The notes: generated by a model not told the origin, from the letters alone. A stretch of DNA of 64,000 bases from Octopus vulgaris (GCA_951406725.2 OX597834.1:42036001-42100000); one strand, 5' to 3'. Counted from the stretch's first letter, positions 40,883-55,260 are shown. Program-made: numbers and translations.

Positions 40883-41200
40883 GGAGGCGCAATGGCCCAG
40901 TGGTTAGGGCAGCGGACTCGCGGTCGTAGGATCGCGGTTTCGATTCCCAGACCGGGCGTTGTGTGTGTTTATTGAGCGAAAACACCTAAAAGCTCCACGA
41001 GGCTCCGGCAGGGGATGGGTGGTGATCCCTGTTGTACTCTTTCACCACTCTTTCTCCCACTCTTTCTTCTGTTGGCCTGCTCGCTTAGCCAGCAGGGTGG
41101 CGTCATTCGAAGGCTAAAACAATGTGAAGCGCATTGTGACCAGCGATGACCAGCGATGTGTGACAACATCTGATGGTCTGGTCGGTCATGTGATCACGTG
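40883..41200 (+). mobile_element. SINE family C with tail Y
   Basis: tRNA-like head; tail ends GTGATCACGTGAT; sits in (TA)n. Confidence 0.9.
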
Positions 41201-41326
41201 ATATATATATGTATATATATGCATATTTATATATGTATTGGTATTTATGTGAGCCTAAAGCTTATATAAGTACCATTATTATTATGTATAGGATTGTAAA
41301 ACCTGGAGCTGCATAACAAAACCATT

Positions 41327-41385
<59 letters not shown>

Positions 41386-41729
41386 GGAAGCTTTATGAAA
41401 TTAAACAAAAGACGAAGGCAGGTGGAGTACAAACAAACAATTGTATTAGTATGGCGCTCAGGAATATAAATAAAACAAGTCCTTTACATTTCGAGCCTAC
41501 GCTCTTCAACAGAAAGATACACAGAAAAGAAACACGGAGAGAAACAAGGAGAGAAAAAAATGCGTGCAGAGGCTAGCGAATCAACATGGCGATCTATATA
41601 TATCATATTTAAATCGGTTAATTCTTTGGTGTGTAGGCATCGTTATAAATTGGTAAGTACAGATTTGATTTCGTTGGTAATTGTTGTTTTGGGTGTTGGC
41701 TGAAGAAGGAGAAGGAAAAAGAGGAGAGA

Positions 41730-42019
41730 GATGATTATAAGGTTGATGATGATGAGGAGGAGAAAAAAGGTGAAAAAAAAGAAGTGGAAGCTGGAGGATA
41801 AAGAAGGGGAGGAGAAGAAATAAATGTGAAAAAGAGGAAGTAGTAGAAGTAGAAGTAGACGACGAATAATAATAATGATAATAATAATAATAATGAAAAA
41901 AAATAATAATAATAAATAATAATAATAGTAATAATAATAATAATAAATAATAATAATAATAGTAATGATGATAATAATAATGATAATAAATAATAATAAT
42001 AATAGTAATGATGATGATG

Positions 42020-42074
<55 letters not shown>

Positions 42075-42600
42075 GAAGAAGAAGAAGAATAAGAATAAGA
42101 ATAAGAATAAGAATAAGAATAAGAATAACAATAAGAAGAAGAAGAATAAGAAGAATAAGAAGAACAAGAAGAACAAGAAGAAGAAGAAGAAGAAGAAGAA
42201 GAAGAAGAAGAAGAAGAACAAGAAGAACAAGAAGAAGAAGAAGAACAAGAAGAAGAAGAAGAAGAAGAAGAAGAAGAATAAGAACAATAATAATAATAAT
42301 AATAAGAAGAAGAAGAAGAAGAAGGACAAGAAGAAGAAGAAGAGGAAGAAGAACAAGAAGAACAAGAAGAACAAGAATAAGAATAATAAGAGGAAGAAGA
42401 AGAAGAAGAAGAAGAAGAAGGAAGAAGAAGAAGAAGAGGAAGTAGCAGAGGAAGAAGAAGAAGAAGAGGAAGAGGAAGAAGAAGAAAAAGAAGAAGAAGT
42501 AGAAAAGGAAGAAGGAAGAAGAAGAGGAAGGAGAAAATGATGATAACGATGACGATGACAACAACAACAACAACAACAACAACAATAGAGGTAGAAGAAG
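41730..42600. repeat. Long compound (AAT)/(AAG)/(GAA)/(CAA) trinucleotide tract
   Basis: Direct observation. Confidence 0.97.
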
Positions 42601-42929
42601 AGAACAAAGATGAAGGACATATCTGGTAATGAGCCAATTAGGGAGTCTGTATGTTGTTCCTTGCTCTATTACTATATTAAGCTGGGGTTCTCAAGCATTT
42701 TTTTTTATCTATGGGCCCCTTTTATTACTGTTTCATTCTTGTGGACCCCCATAACCATTTTTCTGCAATATATGGATAGTTTTTCCTGTTCATGCTGTTG
42801 TATTAGCCTTATCATGCGTTTGAGAAGAAATTATTCCTGTGTCTTTCAATACATCTCAACACTTCTTAAGCAAACTTTGTTTACTTTCATCGTAGGTTGA
42901 AATCATTAGGATTTGGATTTTCTGCAAGT

Positions 42930-43500
42930 GTTCCTGATCTGGTTGATCATGGTAAAGTGTCCAGCAGTAGTCAACCAGCATACTGTCATTCCAGAAGCAT
43001 TGATACCGTTTCCCCATGGCGCTAATGTCCCGGTGAAATCTTTCCCCATGTTCATCAGGCACTGCTCCAAGGTTATCCGCGAAGAAATCCAGATGGGAGT
43101 CCAATTAGAGAACGTTCAGTGACATGCGACAACCCATTGCTGAGTAACATTTCAGAAGATTCTTCATGCCATCCTTGTAGTCGATTGCCTTCTTGCTGCC
43201 CAGGAAATTCTCACAGATCCAATTGAAAGCATTCCAGGCAGGCAGTTCCAATTCATCCAATGTTGTCTTGAAGTTGACATCGTTGAGTACTTCTCTAATT
43301 GGGAGTCTGATAAAGTTACCCTCTTTCAAAGTCTGTGGGATTTTGGGAAACTTTTCTACAATAAACTCAAACCCTCTGGCATTTCTCTTCCCTTCTGTCT
43401 TTAAAAACTGTTTCATTAGTCCAAGCTTTATGTGAAAAGAAGGCAATAGGACATTACATGGAGCTACAAGAGGTGTATTCTAGACGCTAGACAGTCCTGG
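42930..43500 (-). pseudogene. Decayed DNA transposase C-terminus, Chapaev3-like (CMC)
   Basis: HIKLGLMKQF, NFLG, MGCRMSL, DSHLDFFADNLGAVPDEHGERFHRDISAMGKRYQ, MLVDYCW. Transposase nature is clear; the family name is from recall. Confidence 0.8.
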
Positions 43501-43518
43501 CTGGTATGAGACCCTCTG

Positions 43519-43529
43519 ATAATGTTGAA

Positions 43530-43560
<31 letters not shown>

Positions 43561-43796
43561 ACGGTGATTATAAAGATGATGATGACGACGACGACGACGA
43601 CGAGGATAATGATGATGACAATGAAGATGATGATGATGATGATGATGATGATTACGGTGATTATAAAGATGACGACGACGACGACGAGGATAATGATGAT
43701 GACAATGAAGATGATGATGATGATGATGTTGATATTGATGATGATGATGGTAACAATAATGATGATGACAATGACAATGACGATGACGATGATAAC

Positions 43797-43849
<53 letters not shown>

Positions 43850-43883
43850 CGACAATGATGACAATGACGATGACGATGATAAC

Positions 43884-43916
<33 letters not shown>

Positions 43917-44085
43917 TGATGATGATGATGATGATGATGATTACGGTGATTATAAAGATGACGACGACGACGACGAGGATAATGATGATGACAATGAAGA
44001 TGATGATGATGATGATGTTGATATTGATGATGATGATGGTAACAATAATGATGATGACAATGACAATGACGATGACGATGATAAC

Positions 44086-44129
<44 letters not shown>

Positions 44130-44163
44130 CGACAATGATGACAATGACGATGACGATGATAAC

Positions 44164-44204
<41 letters not shown>

Positions 44205-44425
44205 CAACAATGATGATGATGATGATAATGATGATGACAATGATGATGATGAAGGTAATAATAGTGATGATGACGATGATGGCGATGATAATGATGATGA
44301 TAATGATGACAATGACGATGATGATAATGATGATGACGACGACAATGACGATTTTGATGATGATGATAACGATGATGATGATGGTGACTATGCCGACGAT
44401 GACGATAATGATTATGACGATGCTG
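43519..44425. repeat. (GAT/GAC)n tract with higher-order duplications
   Basis: GATTACGGTGATTATAAAGAT marker at 43557, 43650 and 43939. Confidence 0.95.
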
Positions 44426-44515
44426 CGAAGAAGGGGATAAAGGTGAGTCTGATGAGAGAAGCGTACCTGTAATAAAAAGTGGTAAGAACTCTTCGCTCAA
44501 GAGAAACAGAAGAGG

Positions 44516-44553
<38 letters not shown>

Positions 44554-45118
44554 CAACACTTTTGGACATTCGCAATCTGCTCACTAGGATCGAAACTGCA
44601 TCTACATCACTCACTTCTGCTTTGAGCTAATTAAACATTTCGTAGACCTCGTCAATCATGAAATATGGCCGCCATTTCCATGCAAAGAGAGGAAATATGT
44701 AACACGGGATATGAGAATGGTTTTTCTAACGCCTGTTTCAACACAAATAAGCTGTTAAACAATAATATGACGCAAAGAAGGAGGGGAAAAAACCCCACAA
44801 TGATTATGTAATTAAAAGAGAGGAAAGAAAAACAGCGCTTATCGTTTATATAACCAAGAAGAGAAAGAAATAAAACAAAAGTTGTATAATGAAGAGAATT
44901 TGGTGACGCAGAAGTCAGACCATTTACTCGGATTTGAGGCATTACCCTAGAAAGGAAACTAGTTTGCCTTCTATATTTCATTTATTCGGATGCGGAGATG
45001 ATGGTAATAATGTGCAAATTTCTCTCAGGTTTATTGTATCGGATGCACAGTTTGGAAGAGAGGCAGAATTTTTAAAAGGTTATTGGATTAATAGAGCAGC
45101 GTTAATAACTACAGTTTG

Positions 45119-45160
<42 letters not shown>

Positions 45161-45304
45161 TGTATGTGTGCGTGTGTGTGTGTACGTGTTTATAAATATA
45201 TGCATATGTGCATTCATATACATAGACGCATATACGTACATACACACACATATATATATATATATATACATATTTATATTTATTTACTTAAATCTATCTA
45301 TCTT

Positions 45305-45365
<61 letters not shown>

Positions 45366-45519
45366 ATATCTATTTATCTATCTATCTATTTATCTGTCTG
45401 TCTGTCTGTCTTTCTGTCTGTCGGCCCGTTTGTCTATCTGTCTATTTATCTATTCGTTTGTCTGTCTGTTTGACCAGGGATCCTAAGTTGGAAGGCTGCA
45501 GCAGACTCCAGTCCGATTT

Positions 45520-45845
45520 GGGATGATTTTCTACGGCTGGATGCCCTTCCCAACGCTAACCACTCCAAGAGTGCTTTTACGTGCTTTTACGTGCCACCGG
45601 CACGGGCGCCATTTGCGTTACACCAGTATCTGCCACGACTGCGATTTTACTCGGCTTGATGGGGGGGGGGGTCAGTGCCAAAGGTGTCGGTCATTGACTT
45701 CGTGAGGCCCAACATTTGAAAGGAGCTTTTCACGTGCCACCGGCATCAGCCATTTTGCTCAAAAGGTGCTTTTTACGTGTCACCTGCACGGATGCTGGTT
45801 ACATGACATGAGCATCAGCCACGCCTACGATTTCACTTGGCTTGA
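45520..45845 (+). repeat. Interspersed repeat with internal CACGTGCCACC-type subrepeats
   Basis: Related inverted sequence at ~33270-33500 and ~40500-40620. Confidence 0.55.
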
Positions 45846-46279
45846 CAGTGAAATTTCACAATTTCACAATTTATTCACTAAGAGATCACCCTCGGAACGA
45901 GGGATTGGAGAAGTTAAAAAAAAATAAGATGAGGTGTCTGGGGGGGGGGGGAGAAAGAGGGAGACGGAAAGAGAGAAAAATTTGCGGTGAATATTGTGAA
46001 TGGTCTCCCAGGATTTTTCTCCGTACGTACTTCCGAGACAGGGAAGCGCAGACTCATACATATTTTATTTTGTCGAGTCAGGAAGCCTCAATACAGAGTG
46101 TAGAGGACGTGCAGAAACGAAACAATCAAAGTTGATTCCGATGGCGTCTGAAAACAGAGTGAAGGCACATGACACAGTGGTTAGAGCGTCAGGCTTATAA
46201 TCATGAAGCAATGAGTTCGATTCCCGGACTGGGGTGCGTGTTGTGTTCTTGAGTAAGACACATTATTTCACGTTGCGCC

Positions 46280-46793
46280 AGTGCGTAACTGATACTTATT
46301 TAATCGACCCCGAAAGGATGAAAGGCAAAGTCGACCTCGGCGGAATTTGAACTCAGAACGTAGCGGCAGACGAAATACCTATTTCTTTACTACCCACAAA
46401 GGGGCTAAACACAGAGAGGACAAACAAGGACAGACAAATGGATATTAAGTCGATTATATCGACTCCAATGCGTAACTGGTACTTATTTAATCGACCCCGA
46501 AAGGATGAAAGGCAAAGTCGACCTCGGCGGAATTTGAACTCAGAACGTGACGGCAGACGAAACACCTATTTCTTTACTACCCACAAGGGGCTAAACATAG
46601 AAGGGACAAACAAGGACAGACAAACGGATTAAGTCGATTATATCGACCCCAGTGCGTAACTGGTACTTATTTAATCGACCCCGAAAGGATGAAAGGCAAA
46701 GTCGACCTCGGCGGAATTTGAACTCGGAACGTGACGGCAGACGAAATACCGCTTAGCATTTCGCCCGGCGTGCTAACGTTTCTGCCAGCTCGC
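46280..46793 (-). mobile_element. Family A SINE multimer abutting a truncated family D SINE (46161-46281, +)
   Basis: One head and about 2.5 bodies. Confidence 0.9.
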
Positions 46794-47902
46794 CAGGTGA
46801 TTTTCTGAAGCGAGAATTAAAAGGCATTTAGAAACAGTCGCTCAAATAATGCAGAATCTCAATAACTGAGCAGATTGTTTAGAATTTCGTAAAAATATGC
46901 ACAAAAACCCTGAGAATAATAAAATATTTTAACGACTCTCGAAGTTAATTATTTATCGTTTTACAAATTCACTGATTATCATTTATTTTTTAGTAATACA
47001 TAACATCATCTCTTTTTAGTTTCAACAACAAAGTCGAGAAACAGGTTTAATTGATAAATCTGTGTAAATCGACTGAGACGAATAGATTCAAGGATGTTTT
47101 CTTTTATTATTATTTTTAGATTATGTTGACACGCATTATTTGTAATTACCGGTTCTCATACTTCTAGCAATCGTGTGATTGGCATAAACAATGCTCTTAA
47201 CTTTTATAACTATTAATAACAATACGTTAACATTTAATTTCTGTCAGACAAAGGCTCTTCAGCGGAGTTGCAGTGTGAAAAAAAAGAAAAGAAAAGAAAT
47301 GGAAAATCCCACCGTAAAAACCAGTCGCGGCTCGTAGATAAAATCAGTGGGGGCGCTGCTTGAGAAGATTTTTAGCCGTTGTTTTAATATTGTCTAAAAG
47401 GAAACAAACATAAAAAGAATATTTATATATATATACTTGATCGGTTCAAGTTTTAGCCACTGCCGGGTAGTGTGTTTAATTTGTTCATTGGACATCGCCG
47501 TGAATTCCCCCTTGTTTTTCAAAAATTTCCCATAAATCACAAAATAAAGGGCGGGGGAAATCTGCTCAGTTTTTCAAATCCTGGCAGCAACACTGAAGCT
47601 GGAAGCAGGATAATAATCGAATTCCACACTTTATCACATCAAGAATATAAACACGTCTTTAATCGCAACATACGCGGAGTCAAAAAGAAGCACGCCTTTC
47701 CCCGGCACTGCATGAACGACAGTACTCTATCTACCTAGCGTGAAGCTATCTATCTCGGACATGTGAACATGCACACAACAGCCAAACAGCGGCCATACTT
47801 ATCTTTATAACCAAGGATGAAATCTGTATAAGATTTTATGAAGTAGCCATCATGTAATAAACCATATGAGTAGCAGTTAATACAAAATATATAATTATAT
47901 TT

Positions 47903-48120
47903 ATATAATTATAGTAAGGGCACTAATGAGTAGCTCCACATGCTAGAAATAGACGCCAAATGGCTCTAAGAACTACTTTATTTCCTACTTTGTTCTTTTT
48001 TGTTCAATTTTCCTCGCTTTTAGCTTGTACCAATGTGGTAAGTAATGTAGTTCTTAGAGCCATTTGACGTCTATTTCTAGCATGTGGCGCTACTTATTAG
48101 TGCCCTTACTACAATTATAT
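47903..48120. repeat. Inverted repeat, ~74-bp arms, ~70-nt spacer
   Basis: 47903-47976 is the reverse complement of 48047-48120 with few mismatches. Confidence 0.93.
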
Positions 48121-48161
48121 TTATATTATTATATATTCATATTATTATATATTTTGTAGTG

Positions 48162-48209
<48 letters not shown>

Positions 48210-48490
48210 TACCAAATCTACTCACAAGGTTTTGGTCGGACCGAGGCTGTGGTGGAAGACACTTGCCCATGGCGCCACGCAGTAGGACTGAACTTGGAAC
48301 CATCTGGTTGGGAAACAAGCTTCTTACCACACAGCTACGCCTAATTCCAATGTACTTTTAAAAGGCTTATTCATTCCTTTAGTTTCCACAAAAGAAAAAA
48401 TACCCGAAGGGGAATCCAATTTAATTGCCGTAGATAATAGTGTTTGGTACATAAGCTGGTCCAAGGCCATGCACGATTGGCTTATTAAAG

Positions 48491-48803
48491 ACTCCGCCGG
48501 TTACGACGACGAGGGTCCCAGGTGATACGATCAACGGAACAGCTTGCTCGTGAAATTAACGTGCAAATGGCTGAGCATTCCACAGACACGTGTACCCTTA
48601 ACGTAGTTCTCGGGGATAATCAGCGTGACACAGAGAGTGACAAGGCTGACCCTTTGAAATACAAGTACAACTCATTTTTGCCAGCTGAGTGGACTGGAGC
48701 AACGTGAAATAAAGTGTCTTGCTCAAGGACACAACGCGTCGCCGGGAATCGAACTCACAACCTTACGATCATGAGCCGAATGCCCTAACCACTAAGCCAC
48801 GCG
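48491..48803 (-). mobile_element. SINE family D with tail X
   Basis: Matches 57113-57435. Confidence 0.88.
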
Positions 48804-49342
48804 CACGATTGACTTAACCCTAATGTAATTAACCAACACCTGGAAGTAGGTCACAAGCGACATTACTGTAAGGGAATTGCTTCTAGCCTGTATTTCATGA
48901 TACTGTAGTGACGCCAGGTTTTAGACACCATTTTGGGATGTCCACCTGCGCATGTGCAATGTTTGGTGTCTTCTGGCAGGCCGCCGGAAGTCCCCTGATG
49001 GCATGCGCAGTAATCAGGAGCAGTTAGCCTTTCCCGCTATTCCGAGTCTCTTGGCTCTTGGCGGTCGATGAATCAAGACGTGTCCCGACAAGGCTCCGTA
49101 CTCGAAGGGGCGAACCAGACTCCGCGGGCAGTGGAGACTGTTTTAACCGTGGTGGTTTAATCCCTACTCTGCTGCCTTTCCTAACCCTGGCGTTCATGCT
49201 ACCGATGGCCGGCGATGAAGAATCTTCTTCTGTGAAAATAATAAACTATTATTGTTATTTGTTCAGCCGTTTTATTCCTTTCTCCAACATTGTAGGGAAA
49301 AGTCTGAGGCACCCTACAAGAGCAGATATCACACAGACCTTT

Positions 49343-49735
49343 CTTTACTTGTTTCAGGCATTTGACTGCGGCCATGCTGGAGCACCGCCTTTAATCGAGC
49401 AAATCGACCCCGGGACTTATTCTTTGTAAGCCCAGTACTTATTTTATCGGTCTCTTTTGCCGAACCGCTAAGTTACGGAGACATAAACACACCAGCATCG
49501 GTTGTCAAGCAATGCTAGGGGGACAAACACAGACACACAAACATATACACACACATATATATACATATATACGACAGGCTTCTTTCAGTTTCCGTCTACC
49601 AAATCCACTCACAAGGCATTGGTCGGCCCGAGGCTATTGTAGAAGACACTTGCCCAAGATGCCACGCAGTGGGACTGAACCCAGAACCATGTGGTTGGTA
49701 AGCAAGCTACTCATCACACAGCCACTCCTGCGCCT
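49343..49735 (-). mobile_element. Full-length SINE family B
   Basis: Match to family B. Confidence 0.9.
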
Positions 49736-50589
49736 AGATAACTGCAACTCCTACAATACTTAAGAACGCCGACTCCCCACGAGATGATTGCTAGTTCCTT
49801 GGGTCTACAACATTAGAACTAGGAATACTTCTCCTCGGTGTTACGCACTTCGTGTCTGGTACCGTCTTCATGTTATAGAATGGAGAAAAGAGGGAGCGGA
49901 CACATTATCATCAATTAGGTCACAGATTCCGACTAAACAATTTTGACATCCGTATTAATGCACTGACTAATGAATTCAGTAATTATTACATTAATTATCT
50001 AATTAATTAACACTAAAACTGACGTGAACACAACCAGGGTCTATTTTTAAATTAGTAGCACGTGCCTCTCAAGTACTACAAAAACATTTAGAATTCTATA
50101 GAAAAAAGCAAAAAAAAAAAAAAAGCACGAAGTTCTGAGAAAACTTAACATATTTTATGGTTTCTTGCTTGTGTATAAATTGTTTGACCTTTTTTATTGA
50201 TCCACACTTTCCCATTCTCTTCACAATGCTTTTATAACATTATATAACAATTGAAGTACTTGTCTTTTTCAACGCGGTCCAAAAATAAGTTTATGGCATC
50301 TAACGCATTATCCGTGCTGTCTGACGAGCTGAAATAGCTGTAGTTTCAAAGATGACATATTGTGTGAACTTTTTAAGTATATGTAAATTATCGGTTCTCT
50401 TACATTTGACGCAAATGTATTTTATATAAAACGTATTCTTAACTGTGATAACTATAAATAATACGTAACATTTCGTCTCTTTTATGCAAAGGTCTTTGCT
50501 CTTTATGGCAAAATAGTTTATTCCATGTTACGTAGGTTTTGTACTTGTTGTTTGCTGATGCAAATTTGATTTTTTTTTTTTTTATTAAC

Positions 50590-50980
50590 AACTAGCAGTA
50601 TCGCCCGGAGTTGCTCGGGTTTGTAAGGGAAATAACTATATAAGCATTTTTAGAGAGTTATAGCCAAAAAATAGCTAAAAAATGCATTAAAAATATCAAA
50701 AAAATGATGGTAATTTTTTTTTAAATCGTCGACTCATCGTAGACATTTTTAGAGAGTTACTTTCCTTATATAATAGCGAAAAAAATGCATTAAAAACGGG
50801 AAAAAATGATGGTAAATTTTTTTTTAAATCGTAGACGCGCGCTAATACCCAGAAGGGCTTGATATGAATCACGACTATAAGATACCCGCTTTTGGTTACA
50901 CTGCACCGCAAAATGTGGGAGTAGTTAGGAATCTAAATCGTAGGAGACAGACACACAACTTCACTTTTATATATAAAGAT
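50590..50980 (+). mobile_element. Helentron-type non-autonomous element (HINE/DINE-1-like)
   Basis: 5' ACTAGCAGTATCGCCCGG..GCTCGGG, internal tandem duplication, 3' CTTTTATATATAAAGAT. Confidence 0.65.
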
Positions 50981-51879
50981 ATATATTAGAGAAGGTGGAG
51001 TTGTAATGAATTGGCGGAGTCGTTAGAGAGTCTGTTTTTGTTCCTGCTCTCAGCGTTCTGAATTCAAATCCCATCTACTTCAACATTGATCTCCGCTTAA
51101 GTACTGGATAACGTATTTTCCCTGCCTTCTCTCTCGGAATCAGATAAGTTGCTCTCTGACAAGGATCGTGGCAGACCACATACACGGCTTCCGTCTACCA
51201 AATTCACTCACAAGGCATTGGACGGCCCAGGGCTATAGTAGAAGACACCTACTGAAGTTACTGATCATTGGGGCTGAATCCGAAACCACATGGTTGAAAG
51301 CAGACATTCAGTGGTGATGGTCTCTGTCCGAAATAGTAGTGACTATATTCAAGAGCTTTTATAGATGTTAACAACAAACAAGATGAGGACAAATATCCGT
51401 CCTCTTAAATATAGAACCAGATTTTATAGATGATAGTAATTTTGTTTGCTGTGAAGGTATGAGAAAAATCTTGACGTTTCGGAAAGTATAACTTTTCATT
51501 TTTTTTTTATGACAGTCGAGTGTTACGTGATAGAGATTTGGCTGCTATCTTTAACAGGTTAAATGAACATGAAGAAACCCAATAAATTGCATATTTTTCC
51601 TTCTGATTGCTGGAATATAGAGTATGATTTAAGAGAGACTTCGCTGTTATCTTCAGCAAGTGGAGTGAACAAGAATCAATCCAATACCTCTCCTTCGTTT
51701 TTATTAAAAATAGTAAAGTGTGATTTGAGAGAAACTTAGCAAATGTTATTAGCAAGAGGAAAGACCACATGAAGCCCGTTTTGTTGATTGCCGTTGAAGA
51801 TTGAGATGTGTGGATTATGCCTATGGGTATTTAGACTTTTCTGTTATTATTTTACTTGTTTCAGTCATTAGACTGCGAC

Positions 51880-51932
51880 CATTGACCTCTTTCTTTCCTT
51901 TAAAAATCGGCACGAACTTTCCGGACAACCCA

Positions 51933-51933
<1 letters not shown>
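51880..51933. mobile_element. Solo end of the same mariner family as 25623-26188
   Basis: GAACTTTCCGGACAACCCAA-TA plus matching subterminal sequence. Confidence 0.8.
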
Positions 51934-52016
<83 letters not shown>

Positions 52017-52295
52017 ACACACTGACAGGAATACACAAAAGAGTACATCTTTTAAAAGTAGTTTGCAAACTACTGCGATTGATTTTCTCGCTACTAAACC
52101 ATCCATTCCCATTCTGTTATGTTTATAAAAGATGGTGTGACCACGTCCGTCTACTTAACAGATGAAAGCGTTCGTTGTTTGTTAACTGAATCAGACCGCC
52201 ATTAACCCACACACTTCACAATTTTACTGTTTTACTCCACCCAGTCGTTTGAGTAATAGGTTATTGATGTAGTTAAGAGAGAAAGAATGAGAGAT

Positions 52296-52343
<48 letters not shown>

Positions 52344-52584
52344 GATGTTACGTTAGTGCTAATGAATATTCTTGTCACAAGAGAGCGAGAGAGAGAGAGA
52401 GAGAATGAGAGAGCGCGCGAGAGAGAGAGAGAGCGAGCGAGCGAGAGAGAGAGAGAGAGTGTGAGAGAGAGATACATACATAATACAGACATACAGACAG
52501 ACAAGGGAGAGAATTTTTAAAGTTTTGCCTGACGCGCTAACGATTCTCCAGCTCACCGCCTTATCGTGTCTTTTTATTTATTTA

Positions 52585-52900
52585 TGCGCCCTTTTTCAAG
52601 CCTAGCCAGGCTCATGGGCCCCGGTTTCCCGGTTTCTATGGCGTATGTGTCCCCCCCACCCCACACCAGCTGGACGGGACGCCAGTCCATCGCAGCGTTA
52701 CTCAAGAAGCAGGAAGAAAGAGTGAGAGAAAGTTGCGGCGAAAGAGTACAACAGGGGTCGCCACCACCCCCATCTGCCGGAGATTCGTGGAGCTTTTGGT
52801 GTTTTCGTTCAATAAACACGCACAACGCCCGGTCTGGGAATTGAAAGCGCGATCCTTCGACCGCGAGTCTGCTGCCCTAACCACTGGGCCATTGCGCCTC
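52585..52900 (-). mobile_element. SINE family C with a third body (V-domain-like)
   Basis: Family C head followed by CTGCGATGGACTGGCGTCCCGTCCAG. Confidence 0.8.
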
Positions 52901-53002
52901 CACATGCGCCTTAACGTGCCTACGGACATTAATAAAACTTTTATGACAATATTGCAGGGAAAAATTTGTTTCAAAGCCCATCGCATGTCACCGAAAATCT
53001 CG

Positions 53003-53330
53003 TAGCGTTAGAGGATCGGACTCACAATCATAAGGAAGCGAGTTCGATTTCCGGACGGCGGTGTGTGTTGTGTTCTTGAGCAAGACACTTTATTTCATGT
53101 TGTTCCAGTTCACTCAGCTGTAGAATGAGCTGCGACGTCACAGGTGCCATGCTGTATTGGACCCTTTGCCTTTCCCTTGGATAACATCGGTGACATGGAG
53201 AGGAGAGGCTGGTATGCATGGGCGACTGCTGGTTTTCCATAAATAACCTTGCCCGGACTTGTGCCTCGTGGTGTAACTTCCAAGGTGCAATCCCATGGTC
53301 ATTCATGAACGAAGGAGGTCTTTACCCTTA
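53003..53330 (+). mobile_element. SINE family D with tail Z
   Basis: Matches 32595-32934. Confidence 0.85.
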
Positions 53331-53676
53331 ATCCTTTATCACAGCTGACATACGTGCCAGCGGTTCCCATTGCCTGGTACGGAGGATCCCTCTGTTGTCT
53401 TCCACCTCTACAAACAGCGGAGATTCCGTGCGGGAGCCACGCAAAAAACAGTTAAACGCCAACATGCATCATTCTAAATAAAACTGTTTCACTCGATAAA
53501 CAAGATTTTCTTTTTATCGGTTGAACTAAGTTTGGAACGAACGTATTTGACATTTCATCTCCTATCAAGTACGATAAGGGCGACGGGCGAGAAGAAATGC
53601 TGGAAGACCAGACGACATTTAATCAAACCGGCCATGCTTGATGACGCCGTTCTTTACACTGGTAATACTGCTGAAG

Positions 53677-53735
<59 letters not shown>

Positions 53736-53948
53736 AGAAAGAGAGAGAAAGAGAAAGAGAAGAAGAAGAGAGAAGAAGAGAGAGGGAAAGAGAGAGAGAG
53801 AGATAGGGATAGAGAGAGTCGGAGGCAAAACGGAAAGGCGACATACAACATAAACAGAAAGAGTCCTCGCATGGGTGTGTGGTTACCTTTACAGCCACGT
53901 GATAACGGGTGCAAACCCTCGGCACGGTCCCTAAGTCTTTCCTACCAT

Positions 53949-53980
<32 letters not shown>

Positions 53981-54064
53981 TTATACATTATAATGATTTC
54001 AAATTTTGACACAAGGCCGGCAATTTGGATGGGAGGGGTAAGTCGGTTGCATCAACCCCAGTAG

Positions 54065-54142
<78 letters not shown>

Positions 54143-54172
54143 GTCTGTAGGTCTGTCTGTCTGTCTATCTAC

Positions 54173-54217
<45 letters not shown>

Positions 54218-54884
54218 CTCTCACCATTGTTTGACAGCCGTTGTTGGAGTGTTTACGTTTTTGTAAATTAGCAGTTCAACAAAAGAAACCCATAGAATAA
54301 GAACCGTGATTTCACAAAAAAAAAAAAAAAAATACCCCCTCTGGTTGATTCATTCTAGTAAACTCTTCAAGGCGGTACCCCAGCATGGCCACCGCATTCT
54401 AATGACTGAAACAAGTAAAAGATAAAAGTTGTACCTCCGAATAATATTTAACTTAAATGTCAAATCAACAGAATCGTGACGCTGTTGTTAAATGTTTCAC
54501 TTCGAATTCCACTGTTTCCCCGGATTACGGGTCATTGGTCAGATTTTCTAAACTCAGAAACCGGGACGTGTCCTGTTTACTTGTATCACTCAGGAGCGTT
54601 GGCTCAGACTCTTTGGCCACATCGCTCGATTTTCCCCGAATTAGACCCTGCTTATCATGTTCCCTTCACTAAGGATTCCGCTGACTCTACAGCTCATGTT
54701 CGTTGACCAAATTCCGTCAAAGGAGACAAAAAGCGAACTTGTCTTCACAATATAATTATGCAGAAATTCTATGCATGTGGAATGGAGAATGGAAAGAGAG
54801 GATGACGGTGCATTTTTGTATTCATCTGCCTGCCTGTCTGTCTGTCTGTCTGTCTGTCCCTTTTATTCTTTTGTTCTCTCTTTT

Positions 54885-55260
54885 GCTCTTTTACTTGTTT
54901 CAGTTATTTGACTGCGGCCATGCTGGAGCACTTGCCTTTAGTCGAGCAAATCGACCCCAGAACTTATTCTTTGTAAGCCTAGTACTTATTCTGTTGGTCT
55001 CTTTTGCCGAACCGCAAAGTTACGGGGACGTAAACACACCAGCATCGGTTGTCAAGCGATGTTGGGTGGATAAACACAGACACACATGCACACACACACA
55101 CATATATACGTATACTTATATACGACGAGCTTCTTTCAGTTTCCATCTACCAAATCCACTCGCAAGGCTTTGGTCGGCCCGAGGCTATAGCAGAAGACAC
55201 TGAACCCGGAACCATGTAGTTGGTAAGCAAGCTACTTACCACACAGCCACTCCTGCGCCT
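54885..55260 (-). mobile_element. SINE family B
   Basis: Match to family B. Confidence 0.88.

Noticed and set aside
43566-43592. DYKDDDD, resembling a FLAG tag
   Set aside because: Lacks the final K, is embedded in a natural GAT tract, and has no vector sequence nearby.
41581-44500. Long ORFs (300+ aa) of poly-L/F/S/K/D/M/H
   Set aside because: Translations of trinucleotide microsatellites, open in several frames.
50322-50350. CTGACGAG hammerhead start
   Set aside because: No GAAA after a stem II and no cleavage triplet.
54457-54706. Two overlapping short non-repetitive ORFs
   Set aside because: No recognisable motif or splice support.
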